From Vulcanimicrobiales bacterium (GTDB taxonomy: Bacteria > Vulcanimicrobiota > Vulcanimicrobiia > Vulcanimicrobiales > Vulcanimicrobiaceae): DNA of 64,000 nt. Location of the stretch: NCBI GenBank assembly GCA_038231455.1, contig JBBRLI010000005.1, forward strand, positions 126,032 through 190,031, read 5' to 3'. A program made the translations under genes and the position numbers. Position 1 is the stretch's first letter. Each line of letters starts with the position of its first letter. This document shows, piece by piece, positions 48,982 through 58,942 of the stretch. The notes under the pieces were generated by a model. It saw nothing but the letters and a program-made list of their open reading frames with translations, had not been told where the DNA came from and did not search any database.

Positions 48982-49452
48982 TCAGCAGCCCGATCGCTTG
49001 ACCTTCGCTCGTCGGGATGACATGTCGTGCGCGTAGGCCGGGACCTTTGCGTACGCGTCAAGTGCACGCCGTGAAAAAGAACATGCTCGGCCCGGTTCGC
49101 CGGCAGCCCGAGCCTGCTCGGCAGCCTCGTCGAACATCGCTCCCGCGTTTCCCCAAAACGCGCGCTTTGTATCGGCGATCTCGTGCGGCGATGATTCGCC
49201 GTCAATCACCTCCATGAGGCTTTGCGGCGTGCAACGATACGCGTAGTCTGCGGCACTGGCAAAGAGCGTCGCTGCTTGCGCGTGTCGACCGCGATCCTTC
49301 GCGGCCTTCGCGTCCTTCTTCAGCCGAGCAACGTAGTCGCGCCCGGGGCCACCTTCGATCGAACACGGTGGGGCCGTTCCCGCGTGGGCCGGCGCGATGA
49401 CGCACAGTGCCACGATGGCCGCGAACGTAAGCGCCGTTCTCTTGTTTTGCAC
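48982..49452 (-). CDS. Hypothetical secreted helical protein
   Basis: GGAGG SD before GTG 49452; signal peptide ending ...APAHA; four Cys in the mature part. Confidence 0.6.
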   Translation of the reverse strand: MQNKRTALTFAAIVALCVIAPAHAGTAPPCSIEGGPGRDYVARLKKDAKAAKDRGRHAQAATLFASAADYAYRCTPQSLMEVIDGESSPHEIADTKRAFWGNAGAMFDEAAEQARAAGEPGRACSFSRRALDAYAKVPAYAHDMSSRRAKVKRSGC

Positions 49453-49617
49453 TGGATCTCCACCTCCACACTTGCTACGCATTCTTCGTGAAAGCCGTGC
49501 GGTGATCCCCGAGATGATAACGCCACCGTGGGATAGCAAGCGGAATTCATCGATATGGCTCGCGAAATAGCCTAGGCCGGGCGGCAGCGTTCAGCACCGT
49601 CCAATCGGAGGCTTCTG

Positions 49618-50586
49618 ATGTCACGATGCCGACTCCGGAAATCACAACTGACACTCGTCTGCGCCCTCGCGCTCTGGGCTTTTTCTGCAAATTTCGCGGC
49701 TGCAGCACCGAGCGTATCGACCGCTCCAAGACCCGAGAAAGTCACGACCGTCGGATCGCTACGCGTCGAGAGATACGGTGCCGGTTCTCCCGCAATGATC
49801 TTCGTGCCGGGCCTTTCGTGCGGCGCTTGGGTGTGGGCTGATGCGGTAAAGCAGTATGCTGGAACGCACACCGTCTATCTGGTAACGCTCGCGGGCTTCG
49901 ATGGACTGCCGGCACCCGTCGGCAACGCGCTCGATGCCGCGGACGAGTCGCTCGGTCAATTGATAACGACAGAAAAACTCGATCGCCCGATCGTCGTCGG
50001 CCACAGCCTTGGCGGCTTTCTTGCGCTGCGATTCGGCACCGAACATGCCGCACTCGTCCGCGGAATCGTTGCCGTTGACGGGCTTCCCGTGTACGCGCCA
50101 CTGATTCAAATGTCCGCAGAGCAACGCACCACCACGGCCACCACGATCGCCGCTCAGATGCGCGCCGCACCGCCCGACCAATTCGCCGCTCAACAAAAGG
50201 CAACTCTCGCCACGATGATCAGCGCGCCGGCCGACGTCGACCGCGTCGCGGTACTAGCGGCAAAGAGCGACCAACGCGCGACCGCCGATTATTTCGGCGA
50301 TTTACTCGCTGCCGATCTGCGGCCGCAGCTTACAAAACTCACGGTTCCCACACTCGAGATCGCTCCAGTGCCGACGACGCCGCAAGCATACGAAGGTCCC
50401 CAAGCTGCCACAAGCTCGATGGCCGAGCGTCAAGCCGGCTATGAGGCCTATTACACATCGCTCTTTCCGGGTGTTTTGAATCTGCGCGTCAAAGCCATCC
50501 CAAATTCAAAACATTTCGTCATGATCGATCAGCCGAAAGAGCTCTTCGACGCGATCACCAGCTTCGTGCAAGCGCTACCGCGCTGA
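49618..50586 (+). CDS. Secreted alpha/beta hydrolase
   Basis: GGAGG SD; signal peptide; FVPGL, GHSLGG nucleophile elbow, and SKHFVMIDQP. Confidence 0.92.
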   Translation: MSRCRLRKSQLTLVCALALWAFSANFAAAAPSVSTAPRPEKVTTVGSLRVERYGAGSPAMIFVPGLSCGAWVWADAVKQYAGTHTVYLVTLAGFDGLPAPVGNALDAADESLGQLITTEKLDRPIVVGHSLGGFLALRFGTEHAALVRGIVAVDGLPVYAPLIQMSAEQRTTTATTIAAQMRAAPPDQFAAQQKATLATMISAPADVDRVAVLAAKSDQRATADYFGDLLAADLRPQLTKLTVPTLEIAPVPTTPQAYEGPQAATSSMAERQAGYEAYYTSLFPGVLNLRVKAIPNSKHFVMIDQPKELFDAITSFVQALPR

Positions 50587-52800
50587 TGTAAACCCCTGAA
50601 CGGATCGACGCGGCGGTTCGCCGCCGACGTGAAATCGAACGCGAGATTCGAGGCCGCGGCTCGTCGCCACGATCGTCCAATCCCCGCGTTCAAGTGCGTA
50701 AACGAAGCGCGATTCGTGATGCTCCAGGTGCCGACCATTGATGCTCCAGGAAAGATCGTCACCTGCACCGCGAACATCCACGACGATGCGGGCGTCGGAT
50801 GCAGCGACAAACTGGTCTCCGTCGCGCGGCATCACGATCCGCAGATCGCTCGGGAGCGATTGCGGTTGATGGGAAAGCCACGTGTCATATTCGGGCCCGA
50901 GTCGCGCGGCGACGGTAGCGAGCACCGCTCGATCCTCCGCGTCGACAAGTTCGGTCACGCTCGCAGTGCACGTTTGATCGGGATTTCGTCCCGTCGTCGC
51001 GCACATCGCCAGCCGCTTGTAGCCGGGTGGAAGTGCGAACGGGGCGGGATCGTGCGATTCGTAGAGGTGCAACATGATACGGTTCCAGAGCGGCGCAGCG
51101 CCCGCAACTCCGCTTACGTGAAGCATCGGTGAGCCATCGAAGTTTCCCGCCCACACGGCTACCGTGTAGTCGCGCGTGTAACCGACCGTCCAGGTATCGC
51201 GAAAGTCGGATGACGTCCCGGTCTTCACGGCCGCTGCAAACGGCAAACGTAAGAGGGAGTTCACACCGAATGCGCGCGCACGAGCCGGTCCATCCGCGAG
51301 CATGTCCGTCACGAGCGCCCATGTCGCGGGATCGCCAATTCGTTTGCCTCGCTTCTCGTCGGTCGGTTCCGCGCGCGCATGTAGTGTAACGGGTTGCCCG
51401 TCGTTTGCCGCAATCACGTACGCGCGCGCGAGTTCCTCGAGTGAAACTTCTCCGCTGCCGAGCGTCAAACCCAAGCCGTAGTAGTCGGCCGTGTGCTGCA
51501 AGTGGGCGAATCCCAGTTCGTGAAGCCGGCTTAGGAGTTCGGTTACTCCGAGCTGTGAGAGAACGCGCACCGCAGGCACGTTGAGAGAATTCGCAAGCGC
51601 GACACGCGCGCGCACGGGCCCCGCAAAACTTGCGTTGTAATCGGCCGGCGCGTACGTTTTCTGACCCGGGAGTGCGTAGACGGTAGGAACGTCGGCAAGA
51701 ATTGAGGTCGGCCGAACGGTGCGTCGTTCGAAGGCGCGCTCGTATAAAAACGGTTTGAGCGTCGATCCCGGTTGACGTAACGCCGTCACACCGTCGTTTC
51801 GGCCCGAGGCGGCAGTGTCAAAATAGGCGGGCGATCCGACGTAGGCTAGGATCGCGCCGGTTCTGTTTTCGACCACGAGCGCCGCTGCATCGTGGACGTT
51901 GCGATTTCCCAGTCCGCCGAGGACTTGCACCACGTTCGCCTCCACATAGCGCTGCAAGTCCCCATCGATCGTCGTGCGCAGGGTGGTCGTTGTATCCGGA
52001 AGCTGCGCGGCCAGGCGAAAAAGTAACTGCGGGGCTGCGTCGATGCCGACACTAGGTGGAGCGAGCGCGAGCCGCTCCGCCTTCGCCTGGGACGCTTCTT
52101 GCGCGTTGACCACACCGAGTTCGACGAGTCGATCGAGGATGAAACGGCGGCGGCCTTCGAGCGCCGCACGATGCTGATACGGATCCAGCCGGACCGGGTC
52201 GTTCGGCAGCGCGACGAGGAACGCGGCTTGTCCAAGATCGATGTCACTTGCGGGCACACCGAAGTACGCGCGCGCGCCCGCCTCGACCCCCGTAAGGTCG
52301 TCACCCATCGGGATGCGATTCACGTAGTCCTCGAGGATTGCGGCTTTGCTTGTGCCCCCCTCGATCCGCGCCGCGAGGATGATTTCCGCGATCTTTCCCC
52401 AGAGCGTGCGCGGGAGGTTGTTTCGTAGACGCGCCGTTTGCATCGTTATCGTCGAACCGCCGCTTACGATTTTCCGACTGCGTGCGAGTTCGAGGGTCGC
52501 ACGTGCAAGCGCCGCAACATCGACGGCGCCGTGCCGAAAATATCGCCGGTCCTCGATTGCGAGGAGCGCGCGGACGAACACCGGTGCGACGCGGTCGAGC
52601 GGAACGTGAATCGTGCGTTCGTTCGAACGTGTGAGCACCGTCCCAAGTGGAATCCCGGAGCGATCCATAAAGGTAATCGCGCTTGTTCCATGGTCAGGCC
52701 GCAAGATGATCGGATGCAACGCAAGACCCAGTGCGAGCAAAAGCGAACCGATTGCTACTAAGCCGGTGTTTTTCGGACGGAGTTGCCACCTCGTGCGCAT
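50575..52800 (-). CDS. pbpC: Penicillin-binding protein 1C (transglycosylase/transpeptidase)
   Basis: IEDRRYFRHGAVD, GGSTITMQ, RQPGSTLKPF, SLN and KTGTS motifs; C-terminal PBP1C domain. ATG 52800 precedes the TM anchor. Confidence 0.93.
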   Translation of the reverse strand: MRTRWQLRPKNTGLVAIGSLLLALGLALHPIILRPDHGTSAITFMDRSGIPLGTVLTRSNERTIHVPLDRVAPVFVRALLAIEDRRYFRHGAVDVAALARATLELARSRKIVSGGSTITMQTARLRNNLPRTLWGKIAEIILAARIEGGTSKAAILEDYVNRIPMGDDLTGVEAGARAYFGVPASDIDLGQAAFLVALPNDPVRLDPYQHRAALEGRRRFILDRLVELGVVNAQEASQAKAERLALAPPSVGIDAAPQLLFRLAAQLPDTTTTLRTTIDGDLQRYVEANVVQVLGGLGNRNVHDAAALVVENRTGAILAYVGSPAYFDTAASGRNDGVTALRQPGSTLKPFLYERAFERRTVRPTSILADVPTVYALPGQKTYAPADYNASFAGPVRARVALANSLNVPAVRVLSQLGVTELLSRLHELGFAHLQHTADYYGLGLTLGSGEVSLEELARAYVIAANDGQPVTLHARAEPTDEKRGKRIGDPATWALVTDMLADGPARARAFGVNSLLRLPFAAAVKTGTSSDFRDTWTVGYTRDYTVAVWAGNFDGSPMLHVSGVAGAAPLWNRIMLHLYESHDPAPFALPPGYKRLAMCATTGRNPDQTCTASVTELVDAEDRAVLATVAARLGPEYDTWLSHQPQSLPSDLRIVMPRDGDQFVAASDARIVVDVRGAGDDLSWSINGRHLEHHESRFVYALERGDWTIVATSRGLESRVRFHVGGEPPRRSVQGFTSAR

Positions 52801-55800
52801 CCCAGCTCTTCTTCTCGCTCTGACGTTCGCGTCCGTCCTTGGAGCGTGCAGCGCGAAGCCGCCGGAAGCCGGGGTCGCGCCAACAGCCACGCCAGATATC
52901 GCGGCCCTTGTTAATGCGGAAGTTACCGCGCAGCCTGCGCCGTCGCTTCCACCGATGATTGCTTCGATCTCACCGCGCGGGACGGCCGAATCTCTCACGC
53001 AGATTCGCGTCATCTTTCGGCACGATCTCATCCCGCTCGAAGCACTCGAAAGCCCGGGGGAAGCCGAGGCCTTGGCGCACTTTTCGCTGACGCCCGCCCT
53101 ACCCGGACACTTTCGCTTCCTCACCCCAAAGCTGGTCGGCTTTCAAGCCGACGTCGCACTCCCACTTTCAACGCGCTTCCTCGTGCGGGTCGCAAACGGC
53201 CTCAAAGATACGAGCGGTACCGTGCTCGATCGCGATCTAGTTTGGACATTTGAAACGACCAAACTCCTCATCGCAGCATTGCCGAAAAGTTCGAACCAGG
53301 AGCTCCCGCCCTCAGAACTCTCACCGAAGCTTATCGTACGATCGAACATTGCGGTCGACGAGAGTAGCCTTGCCGCACACGCATCACTGGTGAGCGACGA
53401 TGGGAAATCAAGCGTGGCGTTTGTGGTCGTTCCTACCCCCGCACCGAGCAGTCCGGCGTCTCGACCGCCCGATGTCGCCTTCGATGCATCGCAGTCGACG
53501 TATGCAACGACGCTTACCCCCGAGCATCCGCTAGCGAAGGCGACGCTATATTCGATTGTTATCGCGCCGGGGGTGAAGCCGCAGATCGGCAACCTGAGGA
53601 CCGCGGATGAATTGCGCGGCCAACTGAAGACCTACGGTGCACTAACGTACGATAGCATCAATTCCACCGGCTCAGCGGATTCTCCAGACCGCTTCATTTC
53701 CGGCGCGCCACAGCTGTCATTTTCGAACCCGATCGATGCGAAATCGGTCGCCGCGGCAATCGTGCTTTCGCCCGCGCCCTCGGATTTGAGCCGCGCCTTC
53801 GCGACGGGCGACAACGTGGTGAGCGTCAATTCGACGACGCTTGCGCCGAACACCGACTATCAAATCACGATCTCGGGAACGCTCAAAGATACCTTCGGCC
53901 AAACACTCGGGAACGACGCGCACGCCACTTTTCACACTGGCGATTTTGCGCCGGCATTTTGGGCTCCGAGCGGGACGACGATCTTTCCGGCCGATCGGAA
54001 CCTCTCGCTCAACATCGTTTCGACCAACGTCAAACGCGCGAACGCGATTTTCAAGCGCGTCGCTGCGACCGATCTCGTCGCAAACGATACGCCAACGGAT
54101 TCCGACGGTGGCGGCCTACTCCCGATTGCGGCGAACTGGCCGGCGCTTGCGCTTGGCGGCGCCGCGAACCGCGAGCAGACGATAGCCGTTCCGCTACGCG
54201 AGAAACTGGGCGGGCCTACCGGCGTCCTCGCTTACGGAATGCGCGCGGTCATCGGCACCCACACGGATGAGAACAACAAGCGCGTGCCGACATACGCTAG
54301 CGCCGTCGGGCTCGTGCAACTCACGAACCTCGGGATCTTCGCGCAGTATTTTCCCGAGAGCGGACTCGTTCGCGTGCACCATCTCAGCGACGGGACGCCA
54401 GCCGCGCATGCCTCGATCGAAATCTACCCGTCAACGACCGAGCGCAGCGCAACGGATCGTAGGAGCGCGTCGCTCTGCGCCCGCGCCACGACTGATGCCG
54501 ATGGCATGGCGACATTTTCTGAGACGGCGCTCGCGGCGTGTAGCTCCCGTCAAAGAGGCCCCAACCTCGCGCCGGCCTATCTGACGATCGCCCGCGAAGG
54601 CCCGGACTGGGCCTACGTCCGCACCGGACAGTATTCGAACGATGGACTCGGAGCCGACACGACCTGGTCCTCAGGAAGTCCGGATAGCCGCGGCACCATC
54701 GTCTCCGACCGGTCGCTCTATCAACCCGGCGAACGCGCCCAGTTTACCGGCGTCGGCTGGTTTCTCATCGACGGCGTTCTCACGCGAGGCCGGGCGCCAC
54801 TTTACACCATAACCCTTGAGACGCCGAGCGGTGAAAAACGCGATCTCATGCGTGTCGGTCTCAATTCGTTCGGCACATTTACAACGCCCTATACATTTCC
54901 AAAAAACGCGGCCCTCGGCAATTGGGTTATTCGCGCGAGCGCGGGCAACGGCGAAACATTGATCGGCTCGGTCCGCGTCGCCGAATTCAAACCGCCCAAT
55001 TTCAAAGTTGCCGTCGCCCTCGATAAGACCGTTGCGCTTCGCGGGGAGACCGTGAACGCGACGGCAACCAGCACGTATCTCCTCGGCGCCCCCGTCGAAG
55101 GCGCGACATCGCTTTTTTCCGTGACGCGGTCGCAAGCCTACCTTGCGCCGCCGCATCGCGATGACTACCTCTTCGGTCCGCAGTGGTTTTGGCCCGATGT
55201 TGCACCCGATGCCAAGAGCGATGTGGTTCAAGCGCAAACCCGCGTCGACGCAAACGGCAAGAGCATGCAATCGTTCACGATCGCAGCCGACTTGCCGTAT
55301 CCGATGACGTATCGCGTTGACGCTCAAACGACGGACGTCTCCAATCTCGACGTCGCCGATAGCGCGACAATCACTGCGCTTCCCGCCCCGACCCTGATCG
55401 GAATCAAGTCCGACTTTGTCGGAGCGGCCGGTATCGCGCAGAACGTGAACGTCATCGTCACAAGTCCGGACGGCAAGGCCGAGCCCGGCGTTCACGTCAG
55501 CGTGCATTTACAGCGCGCCGACTTCGTGCACGCAACGAGCGTCGTCGAAGGGGGCGACGCGGAGATTACCGGCGTGACGTATACGACGGTCGCGAGCGCC
55601 GATGCAACGAGCGCAAGCGATTCCGTGCGTGTATCGCTTACACCGCCAAAGGCCGGTACGTACCGCATTCGCGCGAACCTCGCCGATGCCAAGGACGACG
55701 CGACGGCATCCGACGCGCAAATCTGGGTGAGCGGACCGCAAGATGTCGCCTGGAATCAACCCGACCCCAATAGCTTAACGCTCACGCTCGATAAGTCGAC

Positions 55801-58501
55801 CTACCACATCGGCGATCGGGCAAAGGCTCTGGTGCAGTCGCCATTCGGTGCGGGCGATCTCTACGTCGCGGTCATTCGCCACGGGGTGATCTGGAAGAAA
55901 GTCGGCAGCGTCAGCGGTGCTGCACCAACCGTGCAGTTTCCGATTACGGCGGAGATGCTGCCGAACGCCGCGGTTCAAGCCGTGCTCGTTCGAAGGGGAA
56001 GCGCACCGAAGAACGCGCGTGGCAATGCCTTCGCGCGAAGCGGATTTGCGACATTCACGGTCGCCCTCGATAGCAAGTACCTCAAGGTAACCGCGCACGC
56101 GGATCGCGCGCAGGTTGCTCCGGGCGCCGGCGCACACGTCCATTTTCATGTTGTCGATAGCGCCGGAAAGCCGGTGCACGGCGCGTGCACGGTCGTCGTT
56201 GCGAACGAGGCGATTCTGCAGTTAACCGGCTATCGTCTTCCCGACCTCGTGCAGCTCGTCTATGCGCAACAACCGATTTCCACACGCTTTGCCGATAGTC
56301 GCGACAGCGCAACGCTAACTAGTCCGCAGAAGGCGCTCGACAAAGGCTTCGGCTTTGGCGGTGGCCTCTCCGATGGTGGTGCCGATACCCGCATCCGCCG
56401 CGCATTCTCACCTCTGGCCTACTACGCCGGTGCAATCGTGACCGACGCGAGTGGTAACGCCGATGCAACATTCACTCTTCCCGACGATCTCACCACGTGG
56501 CGCGTGATGGTCGCGGTCGCTACGCCCGAGGGTCGTTTCGGTAACGGCGAGACGACGTTTATCACAACGAAACCGCTCCTGGCAAATCCCGTCGTCCCGC
56601 AATTCGCGCGACCGGGAGATACCTTCGCCGCCGGTATTGCGGTGAGTAATCCCGGAAAGCAGACCGGTCAGATCACGATCCACGGCGAGCTGCGCGGCCC
56701 GGCTAGATTTTCCACCGGAGCATCGCCTCAGCCGACCATCGACACACACGAGAACGCCGATCCCCTGACGCACGCGTATCGCTTTCCCATCATCGCAAGC
56801 GGTGCGGGCGAGGTGACCGCAACTTTTCGCGCTAGCATTGCAAGCGCAGCGGACGCGTTTGCTATTCCGCTTACGATCCTCGACCGCGCAACGACCGAGA
56901 GCGTGATCGCAACCGGGGCGACCGGAAAGAGCGCGAATATTCCCCTCGCAATCGATCCGAGTGTCCCCGCCGATACCGGTGGACTGCGAATCGAACTTGC
57001 AAGCGGGCTCGTCCCCGATGCCCTCGTCACCGCACGCGCCATCTTCGCTCAAGCCGACCCCGTTACGGAAACGGTCGCGAGTCGCCTAAGCGCCGCTGCC
57101 GATCTCACCCGGCTCGCGTCTCTCGGCACGATCGATCCGGTCCCCGAAGCGAAAATGTTCGTACGCCAAGAACTTGCAACCCTCGCGAAACTGCAGGGTG
57201 CCGATGGGGGCTTTTCGTCATTTCCCGGTGAGAAGAAATCCGATCCGTATGCGTCTTTTGCCGCGCTCGGAGCGCTCGGTCGCGCAAAGAGTGCTGGGAT
57301 CGCGGTCGATGCGGCAATCGTCGCACGCGGGCAGTCATTCGTTTCAAGCGTCCTTGCCGATCCCGGGCGAATCAAGTGGTGTACGAGTGCGGAGTGCAAG
57401 ATGACGCTCCGCTTGAACGCTCTGAGCGCACTTGCCGCCAGCGGCGATCGACGGACTTCGTTTCTGGGCGACCTCTTCACACAGCGTGGCTCGCTTGCCC
57501 TTAGCGATCGCATCCTTCTCGCGCGCTTACTGAACGCTCTGCCCACGTATCGCGCGCAAGCCGATGTCGTAGCACTCGAAATCGATCAGCGAATCTACGT
57601 GACCGGAGCGACAGCGATCATCGACGTCCCAGAACGCTATCGCTGGTGGAGCGCACGGCCGTTTTTGCAGTCGGCGGCACTCGAACTCTTCACGGAACGC
57701 GGCGCGCCGGTCGAACGGACCGATGGGCTCGTGCGCAGTCTTCTTGCTCTTCGCCGGCACGGTTCGTGGGGTTGCGCGTGCGAAAACGCTGCCGCGCTTG
57801 CAGCTATCACGGATCTCATCGCGCACGACCGCACGCCGGTGAACTTTACCGCGACCGCGACGCTCGCTTCGAGAACGCTTGCAAACGCCACATTCGCGGG
57901 ACCCAAGGCGCGTGTCTTCACCAAAGACGTGCCCATGGCGCAACTTCCGCGCGGTACCGCGTCGCTTGCCGTCGCGCGAAGCGGAACCGGCACGTTGCAC
58001 TATGCCGTAACGTATTCGTATCGGCTTGTCGGACCGCAGCGCGGCGTTCTTGCCGGGTTGCGTGTGACGCGCGAGATTCGCACACCGAACGCGGATCCCG
58101 TGCTCGCCTCGATGGGCCTTGCCTTACCGAGTACGCCCACGACGCTTCCCGCCGCGCACGTCTACGATGTGGGGTTGCAGATCATTACCGATCACCCGAT
58201 CGACCGGGTGATGATCGAGGATCCGCTACCCGCCGGAATGGAGGCGGTCGATACGTCATTTGCCACGACCAGCAGCACGCTTGCCGCGCGCGGCGATAGT
58301 TGGCTTATCGACTACCAACAACTCCATCACGATCGAATCGAAGCGTTCGCCGACCGGCTGGGACCCGGCATCTACGAGCTGCACTACCTGGTGCGGACCG
58401 TAACGCCGGGGACGTTCGCGTGGCCGGGCGCGCAAGCACACCTCGTCGACCGCCCCGAAGAATTTGGCCGCAGCGCCGCAACGACGCTGATCGTTCGTTA
58501 G
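52793..58501 (+). CDS. Bacterial alpha-2-macroglobulin family lipoprotein
   Basis: GTG 52793, lipobox VLGAC; Big_5 repeats; DRSLYQPGE, EFKPP, LPDDLTTWRV, EDPLPAGME and YLVRTVTPGTF motifs. Confidence 0.94.
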   Translation: MRIPALLLALTFASVLGACSAKPPEAGVAPTATPDIAALVNAEVTAQPAPSLPPMIASISPRGTAESLTQIRVIFRHDLIPLEALESPGEAEALAHFSLTPALPGHFRFLTPKLVGFQADVALPLSTRFLVRVANGLKDTSGTVLDRDLVWTFETTKLLIAALPKSSNQELPPSELSPKLIVRSNIAVDESSLAAHASLVSDDGKSSVAFVVVPTPAPSSPASRPPDVAFDASQSTYATTLTPEHPLAKATLYSIVIAPGVKPQIGNLRTADELRGQLKTYGALTYDSINSTGSADSPDRFISGAPQLSFSNPIDAKSVAAAIVLSPAPSDLSRAFATGDNVVSVNSTTLAPNTDYQITISGTLKDTFGQTLGNDAHATFHTGDFAPAFWAPSGTTIFPADRNLSLNIVSTNVKRANAIFKRVAATDLVANDTPTDSDGGGLLPIAANWPALALGGAANREQTIAVPLREKLGGPTGVLAYGMRAVIGTHTDENNKRVPTYASAVGLVQLTNLGIFAQYFPESGLVRVHHLSDGTPAAHASIEIYPSTTERSATDRRSASLCARATTDADGMATFSETALAACSSRQRGPNLAPAYLTIAREGPDWAYVRTGQYSNDGLGADTTWSSGSPDSRGTIVSDRSLYQPGERAQFTGVGWFLIDGVLTRGRAPLYTITLETPSGEKRDLMRVGLNSFGTFTTPYTFPKNAALGNWVIRASAGNGETLIGSVRVAEFKPPNFKVAVALDKTVALRGETVNATATSTYLLGAPVEGATSLFSVTRSQAYLAPPHRDDYLFGPQWFWPDVAPDAKSDVVQAQTRVDANGKSMQSFTIAADLPYPMTYRVDAQTTDVSNLDVADSATITALPAPTLIGIKSDFVGAAGIAQNVNVIVTSPDGKAEPGVHVSVHLQRADFVHATSVVEGGDAEITGVTYTTVASADATSASDSVRVSLTPPKAGTYRIRANLADAKDDATASDAQIWVSGPQDVAWNQPDPNSLTLTLDKSTYHIGDRAKALVQSPFGAGDLYVAVIRHGVIWKKVGSVSGAAPTVQFPITAEMLPNAAVQAVLVRRGSAPKNARGNAFARSGFATFTVALDSKYLKVTAHADRAQVAPGAGAHVHFHVVDSAGKPVHGACTVVVANEAILQLTGYRLPDLVQLVYAQQPISTRFADSRDSATLTSPQKALDKGFGFGGGLSDGGADTRIRRAFSPLAYYAGAIVTDASGNADATFTLPDDLTTWRVMVAVATPEGRFGNGETTFITTKPLLANPVVPQFARPGDTFAAGIAVSNPGKQTGQITIHGELRGPARFSTGASPQPTIDTHENADPLTHAYRFPIIASGAGEVTATFRASIASAADAFAIPLTILDRATTESVIATGATGKSANIPLAIDPSVPADTGGLRIELASGLVPDALVTARAIFAQADPVTETVASRLSAAADLTRLASLGTIDPVPEAKMFVRQELATLAKLQGADGGFSSFPGEKKSDPYASFAALGALGRAKSAGIAVDAAIVARGQSFVSSVLADPGRIKWCTSAECKMTLRLNALSALAASGDRRTSFLGDLFTQRGSLALSDRILLARLLNALPTYRAQADVVALEIDQRIYVTGATAIIDVPERYRWWSARPFLQSAALELFTERGAPVERTDGLVRSLLALRRHGSWGCACENAAALAAITDLIAHDRTPVNFTATATLASRTLANATFAGPKARVFTKDVPMAQLPRGTASLAVARSGTGTLHYAVTYSYRLVGPQRGVLAGLRVTREIRTPNADPVLASMGLALPSTPTTLPAAHVYDVGLQIITDHPIDRVMIEDPLPAGMEAVDTSFATTSSTLAARGDSWLIDYQQLHHDRIEAFADRLGPGIYELHYLVRTVTPGTFAWPGAQAHLVDRPEEFGRSAATTLIVR

Positions 58502-58722
58502 AAGCGCGGCCCCCAGCCACGATGCAATCCGCTGCTAGCGATTTGCGGGCGCGCAAGGGTTGGCCGGGGCTGCTCGACCACGGTCTTCACTTCGGCGGGA
58601 GCCGGAGCTGCCGGTGTCTTGTAGGAAGGCAGCAAGAGCAACAGGTGTGCGGCGTTGACCCAGTCGAGGTCGGAAATTTCTTCGGTTGCGTGTGCGCTGA
58701 ACGTCTGGTTGGGTGTCTTCAT
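58498..58722 (-). CDS. Small hypothetical protein (74 aa)
   Basis: Strong AAGGAG SD 8 nt before ATG 58722; stop overlaps the A2M stop. Confidence 0.6.
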   Translation of the reverse strand: MKTPNQTFSAHATEEISDLDWVNAAHLLLLLPSYKTPAAPAPAEVKTVVEQPRPTLARPQIASSGLHRGWGPRF

Positions 58723-58942
58723 GTTGGCTACTCCTTGTGGACGTAGCCTATCGTTCAAGTACACGGGTCAACATCAGCACGGCCACTGAATTCAGATCGC
58801 TCCGTACTGAACGCCCGCTCAGTACGCAGCGGGAATCGCAGAGGACGTGCCCGGAGCGAGGGTCAACCGCGCTTCATGGGTACCCGCGCGCGAGCGAACG
58901 CTTTTGTAACCGCTGCGTTGATGCGCGAAGCGCTGGGGGCGT

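Noticed and set aside
46583..49452. Integron (integrase plus cassettes)
   Set aside because: The recombinase lacks the IntI-specific insertion and has a Xer-type C-terminus; no convincing attC sites were seen.
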